Shown piece after piece: positions 35,101-46,940 of a stretch of DNA of 64,000 bases. The position numbers and the translations under genes are program-made. The stretch's first letter is position 1, and the number at the start of each line of letters is the position of its first letter. The notes beneath the pieces are model-generated. The model saw only the letters and a program-made list of their open reading frames with translations. It ran no database searches and had not been told where the DNA came from. Origin of the DNA: Stylophora pistillata (taxonomy: Eukaryota); the NCBI RefSeq assembly GCF_002571385.2, contig NW_019217899.1:62001-126000 (forward strand), in the 5' to 3' direction.

Positions 35101-38100
35101 TAAAAAGTTTAAAGAAAAAATATATTCCTTGAAGTTTCATGATGCACCAATCTAACCTGCTAAGATATTTCTCAAAGGAAAAATTTTTGTTTTTTAAATC
35201 GCCCACAATCCTGAAATGATTCCTGCCTTCCCTATGAACTACAAGCCAGAAATCACAAAAAGGAAAGAACTCAACTGTGTATTGAGTTCAAATGTCAAAC
35301 AACTAATTATAAGATACTCCAAAAAACAAAAACAAACAATAAGTGGGTAACATATTAGATTAAAATTGGGTCAAGATTGGAATTCTATTGTTACTCTCAC
35401 TCTTACCCTCACTCACTCATCGTGACAATAATATGTGGCTATAAATCGCCCCCTTTAGGGGGCAGTAGCCACAAAAATTGGAAAAGCACAGAAAGATGAA
35501 TGGGAGAACTTTTCTTTCAAAGTTCCTCTAATCCCAAGCCTATGAATGCATAATTAACACCAGATAAAGCTAGGAATTCTATTGAGACCTAAAATTGGCA
35601 AACAAAACATACACTATTGCCTCCATTGATAAAGGCTAAAAGACTGTTATGTCCGACATACCCCTGCAGCAGTCAACTTTGTTTTGTATTTTTCTTCAAG
35701 TTCTTTCACTTTCTCAGTGTGATCTTTGACATGTTGTTCCCAGTCTTCTTTAGTGATTGTTTCTGATGAAATACAATTGTTACCAAAGAGCAAATGGTAT
35801 GGATGTTTCAAAATCTTTGATCAATGACAGAAATGACTAGAGTGAACCAGCACTTACCAATGGAGCCAGAATGAGTCATTTCACTCACATGGATGATAAC
35901 AACAGTATCACCTACTTGCTTCATGTTTTTCAAATACCCTAATGAATAATAATTCATTCATTAGTAATGAAGTGTGTCCATTCTCAGTAACTGATAAATA
36001 AAATCCTTTTTAGAAATATAAGGCAAAAAAATTATCTATAAAATTTAAAAACACACAATGAGGATGAACTGTTTTTTTTAATTCATGAGGCCTAAGATAT
36101 TCTGTCTTCATTATCATGAATGGATGATCAAGAACTTTTTCTAACTTGAAGTAGGTTTGTTCCATCTTTGTAATCTTACGTGTAATATAATAGTAATTAC
36201 TTATTATTTAATTGTTTATCATAAAGATTACCAGGTTACACAAACATGGTTATGAATGACTGGAAAACTCTTCTTTACTAAGAAATAACAATGACAAAGT
36301 TTCTTTGAGCCTCCACAAACTATATATTAACTGTAATTTTGGTTTTATCAACTGAGTTGATAATGCAAATTGTTCACCTTAATTAAAGAGTTTCAAAGCT
36401 GACTTTTCAAGCTTTAGCCCTTTGTCAGAGCAAAGGATGAAGGGCTAACACTCAAAATGTCAGCTTTGAAACTCTTTTTAAGAGTTTCAAAGCGGTGGCC
36501 AATTTACATTATCAACTCAGTTGATAAAATCAAAATTACCTTGTTATACTCCCTCACCAAAACAACACCACAGTTTCTTTAGAAACTTATCGCCTTTATG
36601 GTTTTTTCTTTGTGTTTTCGTCCTTCTTTAGATTATTACTATTTTTGTGTGGCTTGCACAAAGTGTGTGGCCACATTATGGCGGGATCAGAATTCATTTA
36701 TTTGTTGAGCGCCTGTTACATGGTCTAGTGTCGTGTGGTGCACTTGTCTGAGTCAGCCATCTTGGTTTAAGTGTGGTGTCGAGTAATTTTTTTTGTGTTA
36801 TAAGTCCAGCTTGTGCAAGAGCTTTTACATTCTTTAAAAGACATTTGACTGTTTGAATCTTCCGTGCGGGTTGCACTACACTGAAAGGAGTTATTGCACT
36901 CTCACAAGCTGACAACTATCGGTTTGATCTTTTGGTGCAGGTTGCACCACTGAGTGTCTGAAGTGTTTGAAAGTGTCTGTCAAGCCACCTGAAAGTGCCA
37001 TAAAGTGAAACAAGTTACATTGTAGTTGCATTCTCCCCTTACCAAACTGGTAAGATGGCAATAATATGGGAGAAATGAGTGCCATATATGGACCATATAT
37101 GGAAAGTAACTAAGTGTATTAAAACAAAATATGGGTTTTATAACAGACCTGAATTAATTCCTAACTTAAGTATGGTTTTAATGTGGAACATAAATTTTAA
37201 AACATCAATAATGTGGGAAAAATATGTGAACTGATTTCCCCATACAATAACCACATTATCCCTCATTCAACATTACTTTTACTGACTCTCGATATAATAA
37301 CCACATTATCTCTTAGTTTGACACATAACTGCAAAATATGGCAGTGATAAAGATAACCATACTAATTCCATATATGGAATTTACATGGCACATAAGAACA
37401 GAAATGTTAATTACATCATTCTTTTTTTGCAACATCACCCCTTGTCCATGTTGGAGTCAAGATATGATTTTGCCAGATTTTCAATTTTGAACCCTTGTTT
37501 GCACTGAATAGTCATAATGATGGCAAATAAATGCAAGTTATCGCATGTCAATGAATAAAAACTATACAGTTGGACACAATAAAGCCTCCAGGTCAAATTG
37601 TAAATCTTGTTGGGTTAAAGATTATTAGCAGTGTTAATGTAATGTTACTTCAGAGTATTACTCAACATATAATTCATCAAAATATTGCTTGTATTCTGAT
37701 CTTGTTCTGTACCTACCTCTTTTCCCTAAATTCTTCCATTTGCATCCCCATATCCACCTTCCTCTCCTACATTTTTCTGTGTTCTTAATTAAAAAATACA
37801 GCCCCACAAAACCCAAATACATTAATGCTGGTAAACGTTGTTCTCTCAACAAACTGTAAACAGAATTTTGTGCTCTAATGGACTGTACAGAAACTTACCC
37901 TCAGCATTTTATTACTTTACGTGCGTGTACTGCCAATATTTAAGTCAATTCACACCAAATAAAGCTTCCAATGGCTTCTAATGTAGATTACATCATTTCC
38001 TGAAGATTTCGGCCCTTCTGGAAAGTTTTATCCACATGCATGTACTGGTACACAAAGTGCCAAAAATATCCATATGAAATGCTTCCTTAGAGTTAATTTC

Positions 38101-41069
38101 ACATCACTTGCCTTGGAAAAGACAATTAACCAACAAACTATAGAACTCAATTCTACTTCATTACATAAACAAAATCAAGACTGAATCTATCAGGTCACTA
38201 TGCGAGATGATGTTGACATTTTTTTAGTCTCTAAAATCTTCAGGTTACATGTGCAACCTTTGTTGTCAAAATGTGACCTCAATAACAAAGTTTGGCCATT
38301 TTAACCCTCATCTTGAAAATAAACATTTCAGGACTATTGTTTGCTAGTTATCATGTTTTATCAATGAACAGGAATAATACTGAAAACTATCTAACCATAA
38401 TCAGATATTAGATCTTCTAATAGAAACTCAATCAGACACCAAACACTAAAAAGCATCTCAGTGTCATGAGCTACATATGTACGCATTGCGGACCTATTTT
38501 CTTTTCATGTACTTACAAGGGTGAGGTTAAACTTTTTTCTTTTGAGAGGACAAAAACTAAGGGAAAGCTAGAAGGAGACAAACTTTTATATGAGCAAAAC
38601 CCTTCCCTTGTAGTTTAGGGAGTTCCACTTTACATTTGAGAGGTGCTCTGATCTAATTTTGTTGCGGTCAGTGTAAAACGCAGACTATGGACTGCAGACC
38701 AGGGGTAAAATGCAGACTGCGGACTGCAGACCAGGGGTAAAATACAGACTGAGGGTAAAATAAAAGATTAATAATAAAAAACAAGACTTGGGAGTGTTCC
38801 TACCCATACCCGTAATTTTTTTTCAAAATCCTGAAAACTCAAACCAATAAGTGTTTATTCAACTTAGTCAAATATATTATCAACCTCGAGTTCTTGAACT
38901 CCCCAATTTGTTGAACCAAGTTTCCCAAACTGATCATAATGCTATGCATCTTACCTTTGTTTACAAGTTGGCCATTTTGAATTGTGCTTTCGCGAATAGG
39001 TCTGGGACTGAGTACTCTTTCGGCATTCAAATTCTTCGTATGGCCTTGATATTGTTTGGAAGACAAGGCAAACCAAACACACCAGCATAACAACAAGGCA
39101 AGGTAAACTTGTAGGTATCGAGCACAGTTTGTGAAAGACATTAACGCAAATTACTGAAAATTACCATGAGATTGTTGTCCTCGTTTTCTGACATTTTATA
39201 GTGCCAGGGAAGACGTGACTTTTAGACTGCATGAAGCCGCCTTTGTGTGTTTCTTGAGTCCTGACGGGGCATTATTTTACGGGTACGAACACTATTTCAT
39301 CCTTAAGACTCGTTTCTTTTATTATTGATATTTTACCCTCAGTCTGCATTTTACCCCTGGTCTGCAGTCTGCAGTCTGCATTTTACCCTCAGTCTGCATT
39401 TTACCCTCAGTCTGCAGTCCACAGTCTGCAGTCTGCGTTTTACACTGACCCATTTTGTTTTACTTTAATTTATGAGCCTTTTTAAAAATAAATACTGCAT
39501 ACAATGGAAATTATAACAATGTCCTCCTAATTAACTACTTAACTATGACATCACATAACAAACCTTCTGATACATGGCACAATCATCACTTGATGTTCTC
39601 ATGGAAGACAAAAACTAAAATGCATTGAACCACTCCCTTGACTATGTTATTGTTATAATTTGGATATATGTNACGAATATAACAAGTAATTATGCGAGTC
39701 TGTAGGTTTGTAATACACACTAGTGCATAAACCGTTACCTTCAATTGAAACATTGACGTCTAAAAAGGATAAAGAATTGTCAGAAATTTCCCAAGTATAG
39801 TTCAGAGCCGGGTGAAAAGAATTGACTGCGGTTATGAATTGAGTGAGCTCCTCTCTGGTAGAGGAGGTAGTGCCGATACAGTCGTCAATGTAGCGACCGT
39901 AGAGTTCAGGTTTGGACGCATTGTATTGGCTGAAAAATTGATGTTCAACAAAACCTACAAAAAGATTGTCATAGCTAGGTCCCATTTTGGTGCCCATGGC
40001 TACACCATTGGTTTGTTTGAAGAAGTTGTTTCCGAATGAAAAACAATTGAGTGTGAGCACTAGTTCGGTTAAGCGTAGTAGTGTTTCATATTTAGGTTCC
40101 TTAACAGTACTTTGATCAAAAAAATGTTTAAGGGCCAGAAGGCCTTCGCCAATATGTTATTGTTACCCTTCTTAGCATTTTACTTTTAATTTGCAAATTA
40201 AATTATCTCTCACTATAATCAGATATAAGGAAGCTGCAAAGCCCAAATGTCCCATACAATTTTCCAGCCTTAGTGAAGAAAACGCATCCCAAAAAGTTTT
40301 TACTAAAAATTTGTAGAGAACTATTCATCCATGAACCTTCGACAACCAACTTGTTGTTATCCTAAAAATCTGAGTGAGCCAAATTACGTATTCTACTAAG
40401 TCACTCTTTAGGTACCTTCTTAATGTATAAAGAACTTGAAAATTTCTTTCCAAGGGAAGATCTCAGTATCTCCTACCAGGGCTTAGGGTTTGCTTTCATT
40501 TGATCAAGATCTGAACCCATAAATTATCTGGCGGGTATACTTTCATTGATTAACTCCTAATTACGAGGTTTTAAAAGCGTTTTCAATTAAAATTAAAAAA
40601 AGAAAAAAAGGCTCTGTACTTAGTGACAACTGATCACCAGAGTCACTCGCTAATCAATATCAATTGCTCTTTTTTTAAGCTTAATTAGAGAATAAGGATT
40701 CTTGAGACTTTAAATTTGCATTTAAACAGGCCTTAGCTCACTTTAAATGTATAAAGAGGAATCTGAGTACTGTACAACGAGGTATCACTTCCCAGCCATG
40801 ATCATCCACCGGAAAAAAATTATGACGATTATTGTTTGCAAGGAAGTAACATTCGAAGAAAAATACGTCCACAGTAAAACACTTAGAACGATTCTGAGGT
40901 CAGGCGACAATGGCGTGATGCGTAATTGGCGGAAACGATCTAAATCGAACGTCAAACAAAACCAAATGGTAAACCACATTTTCACCTTGAACCACTTACA
41001 GTCACAAGCCTTTTCGCTGTGGTCACTTGCATCCACAGGAATGCCGACTTTCCTTCCAGAATTTGCCAT
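32197..41069 (-). CDS. Universal stress protein (UspA-like, ATP-binding type), 4 exons
   Basis: Exons 41069-41000, 35938-35858, 35762-35662, 32391-32197. Translation MANSGRKVGIPVDASDHSEKACDWYL...IIHV...GKPGEAIC...[34 protein letters not shown], containing the G-2x-G-9x-GS ATP-binding motif. Confidence 0.93.
36333..36590. mobile_element. Inverted pair of Penelope-like pLTR fragments, each with a degenerate hammerhead
   Basis: ~200-bp palindrome. Minus strand gctCTGACAAagggctaaagcttGAAAAGTCagc; plus strand GATGAagggctaacactcAAAATGTCagc. Confidence 0.7.
38665..39451. mobile_element. MULE-like element (9-bp TSD) with gene-like internal cargo, in USP intron 1
   Basis: TIR cggtcagtgtaaaacgcagact / agtctgcgttttacactgaccc with gcagact/gggtaaaat subrepeats; TSD attttgttg / attttgttt. 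Confidence 0.85.
39653..40150 (-). pseudogene. Penelope-like element reverse transcriptase fragment
   Basis: FKQTNGVAMGTKMGPSY.NLF, RYIDD, LSFLDV and YYKPTDSHNYL are PLE RT motifs; truncated at both ends. Confidence 0.88.
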
Positions 41070-42223
41070 GTCACAACGAATTTACTGCGGGGTCAGCGCC
41101 TTGTAAGGAGTTGAGCCAGAACTAACAAGGAGGGCTTGTTCAAACCTGGGTTCGGCAGTCGAGCCTCGTCTTTGTGCAGAGGCCAGCGGTACACTATTTG
41201 CAGCAAATTCATGTTTTCATGGTTCACCGAAGTTTTGACAGTTGCTATGGCAACATCAGAAATGAGAGCACGCGCTGGCGAGATTTTCCTGAGGGAAAAT
41301 CATTCTACACTGGCATTGCTGCAACCTGCGGGTTCTTTAATTCTATTTTATTTACTAGTGCACTTTTCATTCTGTTTTCATGTTCTTGTCATTTGATAAC
41401 CTTTCTCCCTCAAGGTTGTTGTTATGTCCCTGGCTCTACATTCGAGAGGGATCAGGTTTCCTCCAAAATAAAGGGGGTTTTTCCTGACAGGTAGCAGGCA
41501 TGCTAGTTTATCATGTATCATCATTGCCGTTACAATCAATAAATTGGGTCTGTTGCTCGCTGGAAGCCGGGCTCTAACCATGTGGAGCTTCTAATCTTGT
41601 GCAGCAGCCAGTATCCTATTTACCAGTGAAAAGTTGTTTATTGTCTGATTGAGGGTATAGGGTAAACGTGACGCCTCAAACAACACCCTATCTTTCAGTA
41701 TCAGGCCAGCAGGTGCAGAACCTCTCACGAGGAAATGGGTTTTATTTGTGTGCAAGCAGAAAACTATTTTATCAGTTTCATATGAGACTACACTCTTGAA
41801 GTAATAGGCTCTGCATTTAAACAGTGATGTAGGGCTCACACGGGTTGTAAATTGAGAAAAGTTACCCTGGAAGAGTAAGCCCAACCATCTGATTCTGATT
41901 TAGCAAAACTTTGACTGAAGACATAAATTTAACTAAAGCTGCCATGAAGTTAGCAGGGAGGAGGAGGAGGAGGAGGACTGGAATGAAATTTTAAAATTCA
42001 TTCTGTGCATGCCATGATTGCATAGCCTAAGGCTCTCTTAGTGAAGTCATGGCAGCTAACTCTATGGGAAAGAATGATTGACATGTCATCTGTCCATTGA
42101 AGAGAAATATATTTTCTGGTAATGTTCTATAGTTTTACTAGTCATTGCTGTTTCTGTTTGGTACTTTGCCCTCAGAGAACTTGTGGTTTCCAGACAATTT
42201 TTTAAGTCTAATCAAATTCTGAT

Positions 42224-42263
42224 CAATTAAGTCACATTGTACCGGTACAATGTGACTTAATTG
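42224..42263. repeat. Perfect 40-bp spacerless palindrome
   Basis: caattaagtcacattgtacc|ggtacaatgtgacttaattg. Confidence 0.97.
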
Positions 42264-43063
42264 TTTCCCTTGAAATCTAGCAATTCTGTCAATTCAACTG
42301 TTCCACAGCCACTGAAGACTCAAGGAAGAGACCTTCCCATAAAAATTTTAAGATCTGAACACAATTAACAGCTAGGAAAAAAAACATTTTGGTTGACCAA
42401 CCTACGGTCTTGGTTCTGTGATAACTGGAACCCGATGGGCAGGTCACCCAGGCCAAATTGTTTTCCAAAACTCGCTCTGCAATAGTCGCTCGTCAACATA
42501 CCAAGAATGGATCATAAAATAAAGAACTGATTTGAATAAAAGTCAAAGGAAATGGTAGTGTATGGTCCTACGTGTGTACATGTTTCTGCCTCTGGGATAA
42601 AAAAAAAAAAAAACAGTTTGGAGGAATCAACTTCCATACGTTAATGTTCGTACTTAAGACTTGTGGGGATGCTATAGATTACAAAGAAATTTGTTGACTA
42701 GAGCAAAGTGACTTGCAATAAAACGGTGCTGCCCTGCTCAAGTATCTAAATATATATTATAGGGATAAAAAGCTTTATCACAAGAGATGAGGCTGTCGAT
42801 TTTATTGATTTCCACACCTATATACAAATAAAAGTAAGCATTGGAGGAATTTTCCAATCTTTTAACCTACAATAACCACAAACTGCCCTTGAAGCAACAA
42901 GGTTTTCATTTCCTGTAAGGCCTGATGTGTAAATGCTAGCCTTTATAGAAACCACATCTTTTTTAGTTCTTCAGTGTCTTTCACTCAAGTAGCAAGTATT
43001 TTGTCATAGGATGGCCATCATTTGTGAATACGAGTGTCTTTAAGTCTGATGGTAAGTATTTTG

Positions 43064-45332
43064 TCAGAGGGTGGCCAATATTCGTGAATATGACACAAGA
43101 AAGCCTAGGAAGCCTTGTCCAGCACCCCAGAGAAATGCAGCATACCTTGGCATGGTGAAATGAGCTGTTCGATATACTGCCCCTATTGTGGCACCTGAAA
43201 TGGAAGACAGGGGTGGTTTTCTGTGGTTTTCACATGCGTGCAAAACTATCGCTTCCTATCAAAGTTAAGACAAACTTTTTGAATTTTTCAAAACTTAGTC
43301 AGTGGTTATATATGATAAAAGGCTTATTGAATAAATTTATTCAGGCTGAATGGGAAAATATTTGGCTCTCATTAATGATGTACAAACCAAGTGGACCTTG
43401 AGCCAAATATTTTCACATTTGGCCCTCTTGCTGAGTCAATAAGTACATAGTTTGTATAAGGAAGAGGTAATGTGTACTTATCAAAAAGTGTCTAAGGCAA
43501 CTAGGTACACTATAAAGCAGTTTCAATTTGTGACTAATGGAGGAAGACTCTAAGAAACCACTATACTTTACATCAAACTTGTTTTAACTTTATGTTCAAC
43601 AAACTTGAGATAAAGTTTATATCCTGAAGTTTTAATAACATAGCAAAAAATAAGAACCAGATGGTTTGATTAATGGTTTAAATTTGCTGACCCATTTGCT
43701 GCTTCAATCTACTAACTAACTACTACTAACTGCTTTCATTTGTGCTTTAATCTACTGACTAACACAGGTATTTTTGATAGCATATTTAAACTTTTTCTAT
43801 TCATCAAGCTTTTAATTAGAAAATTTTGGAGATTATGCAAAAATTAAAACTCACTTGTTACTATTCCTCCAGTGATTGGATAAAGAAATCCAATGAATAT
43901 TATAAGGAGAGGAAAAAACATGCCTCGTGAATGTTGCCTCAGAGCAAAGAAAGCAACAGCAGCTGAAATACAATGGATGAACACTGATGTTGCCAGACAC
44001 CAAAGAAAAATCTGATACCACATTTCTGTGAAAGAAATAAAAACCAATGAACACACAGCCTACAAAAAATTTTTGACTCTATTTGTCACAATTTTATACA
44101 AATGGTTGTGATGCTTTATGAAGAGCCCCTGGTTGTTCCACAGAGGCTCAGACATTTAGACATTTACTCCCTTTAACGCCAGTAAATAATCCCACAACTA
44201 CAGGTGTACAAGAATAACATGACTTTGATTACTCACACAGTGAATGAGATAATGGATGAAAATAAAATGAAACCAAAACTGTTTAAAAAACCAGCAAAGT
44301 AGTTTCCCAAAATGTCAAACTCCCAAAAACCTACTAATTATGCCTTGACAACCCCTGGCCTTGTGATGTCTTTTTAAGTTCCCTTGGGTTTCATTTTGAG
44401 CAATATGAAAAGATTTAGTGACTTGTTTAAAAGAAGTCCTGCATACTTTGTTGTGCATTCTCTGTTATCGGAGGTCAGATTGCTATACACATTGTAAATG
44501 TCGTGTTCTGGGCAAAGAGTAGTATTCTTTTAAAATAAACTAAAAAAGTTAAATAAAGGGAAGATGAAGCATTGTTTCATTCACAAGGAAAAAATTAAAC
44601 ACAGTGAGGTTACTTGGTTACATGTGTAAGTGTGAAAGATGTCCAATGACACATTTCTGGGTTATAGTGTGAAAACACATGAGACATTGGTTTAAGTGAA
44701 AAACATATGGTATACAGTTGCTGTTCTTCATACAGACTTCTTTCTAGTACAAATACACCAGTCCTGTACCTCTCACTTACCGCCAGTTCTTTTATGTCTC
44801 AACAAAATTCTGACATTTTAACATAAAAAAAGAAAAGAACCAATCATACAGGCCTAGCTTCCCCAGATGAGCAATGGACACCTTATCATGGCCCTACGGA
44901 ATACACAAGTATAAACAACCTCTTCATTACTCACATCGACATTATATAGTAATTATAAATTGTGTCAGTAATACATTTTTCCTGCACTGCACCCTTTTAA
45001 AACGAATTCCTGTGGAGGTTTAGTATCGCATAGTAGTTTTCTCAGTGGTCAACTGCAGACGTAAACATTTAGCTGCAAGCTTATGTGTGAGGTTGCTTTC
45101 TTCGCTGCTTGATCAATTATTCGAAACCATCAGGGGAAATAGTAACAACAGCGCTTTTCACTGCCATCAAAAGTTAAACAGGATTCGATGGGCTTGAGTC
45201 TTAATCAACAGCCGAATTAACCACAGCCTGTTTGAAGTAAGCTTTCACGATTTAAACACCAAGCCTTAATTAAAATTGGCGATTCATCATCCACTCACCA
45301 CCGAAAAAATACAGATTCTTTTGCACATCCAT
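43064..45332 (-). CDS. TMEM170A: Transmembrane protein 170 (ER morphology), 3 exons
   Basis: Exons 45332-45299, 44025-43855, 43194-43064. Translation ...EMWYQIFLWCL...ALRQH...PITGGIVTSATIGAVYRTA...GAGQ...SYSRILATL matches TMEM170 family motifs (EMWY, TSAAIAGVYR, RILATL). Exon 1 is inferred from ATG, donor and phase match. Confidence 0.9.
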
Positions 45333-45609
45333 GCCTCTGTATTTACTCTTCAAGCACTAGAGACTGCTACAACTTTCCTTTTCTCGGGGAGCCTTTAGAT
45401 CAGCCTCTTTCCTACTTTAGAGCACCAGAAGTTTTCAAATATGAACCCCCCCAGCGTACGGCTACCGCCGAGTTCCGCCATATTCTTCATCGCTGTGAAG
45501 CCGACAGAGCTGAATAATGAAATGCTACGTCAGAGCGTATGCGGTCAACAACGCGGGCTCAAGTGTCCTCAGTCGAAAATTTCACGAAAGTAACAAGGGA
45601 ATAAATATA

Positions 45610-45920
45610 TCTTATTAACCAAGCCCGAGGGCCGTACTGAGAGAATATCGGCCCGAAGTCTTGACAGTACGGAATGAGCGCAGCGAGGTCCGTACAAAAA
45701 AGACCGAGGGCCGATATTCTTCCAGTACGGTCCCGAGCAAGCTTGGTTAATAAGAGATTTATTATACGACTGAAGTTCATAGGGACACAAGTGCGGTATC
45801 ATTCGGGACCATTCGGGACAGTGCCCGGTCCAATACTTAGAGAATATTGGACCGGCAATAGAGCATTTAGATTGGTTTATTTTAGTTATTGGCCCTCTGA
45901 CTGCCCGAGTCGTGTAATAA
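45610..45920. mobile_element. Double-inverted-repeat (Crypton-like) element, family A copy 2
   Basis: Near-identical to 4508-4817; flanked by the 14-bp direct repeat aataaatatatctt. Confidence 0.85.
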
Positions 45921-45926
45921 ATATAT

Positions 45927-46460
45927 CTTGTTAGACGTTTTGTTGTGTAGTATCGCTGAGTATTTTTACGAGTTTTGCCCGTAGGGCGAGTCAAAGTACA
46001 AATAACGAGTAAAAATACTCAGCGATACTACACAACAAAATGTCTAATAAGTTATTTATTATCCAACACGCCAAACTGTTATTTCAGTGCGGGCGAATTT
46101 CGCGGATATTTATTTACGGGGAGTGCATGACAGAAGTATGCGAAGAGGAACGTTGTCGTGTAATGTTGCTGTTTCCATTTTCTTCAATAAATGAAGAAAT
46201 TTCCAGGTCGTCTACCTGTTTTTCTTCGTTCGATTCATCTAATAAACTTGGATGTATATTTGCCAGCCATTCTGACTCTTCGTCGTCGGAAATATGATTC
46301 AAATTGTCCGCCATTTCTTTTTTCGTAACTACAATACAATTCTTCGCTTCCGCGATGCGAGAAAACCTGTTTGACCGGTACTGTAGAGTACAAATACCGC
46401 GTGATATTTGTACTCGTCTATGGCGTTATTTGTACTCTACGAAGTGTAGTTGGATAATAA
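45927..46460 (-). mobile_element. Double-inverted-repeat (Crypton-like) element, family B, with a truncated ORF
   Basis: IR1 cttgttagacgttttgttgtgtagtatcgctgagtatttttac / gtaaaaatactcagcgatactacacaacaaaatgtctaataag; IR2 ttattatccaac / gttggataataa. ORF 46314-46114 (VDDLEISSFIEENGNSNITR) resembles the N-terminus of the remnant at 63574. Confidence 0.75.
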
Positions 46461-46940
46461 TAAGTGAGAATAATAAGTGGGAAAATAATAAGGGCTCACT
46501 TTTAAAACCGAGGAACTCTGTTTTCGTCGAAGGCATTTTCCTATTTCCACAGTTTTTAAGGAGAAAATTGATATTTGAAAATTTTTAGGTGGTTTACCAA
46601 GTTTTTGGAGGTTTTCTGTAAAAGAAAAACGGCAAGGAAAACGACGCCTCGAAGCAAAAGAATAGGAAATCAACCATGCGAACGACTCAAAATCTGTGTT
46701 TCCGCGCCAAAACCTGGCGCATGCGTATACGTTATTCAGCTCTGTCTGTGAAACCTGTATTATTTTGCTCTGCGGAAAGACGTCATCTTCTCCCATCATG
46801 TCGTATACTTCTCATCGTAATATATCCAATCAGATTTTGCCTTTTTTACTGCGCTTGTTGAAAGTGCTTCAAAGGGCCAGGTACCGGGCTAAAGCAAATG
46901 GAGTCTTGGATGGTGTCCTTCTAAGTTTGTTTTTGATGAA

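Noticed and set aside
43040-43066. Stop-codon read-through or selenocysteine at the TMEM170 TGA
   Set aside because: The C-terminus RILATL matches the family end, the context is not CARYYA or CUAG, and no SECIS was recognised.
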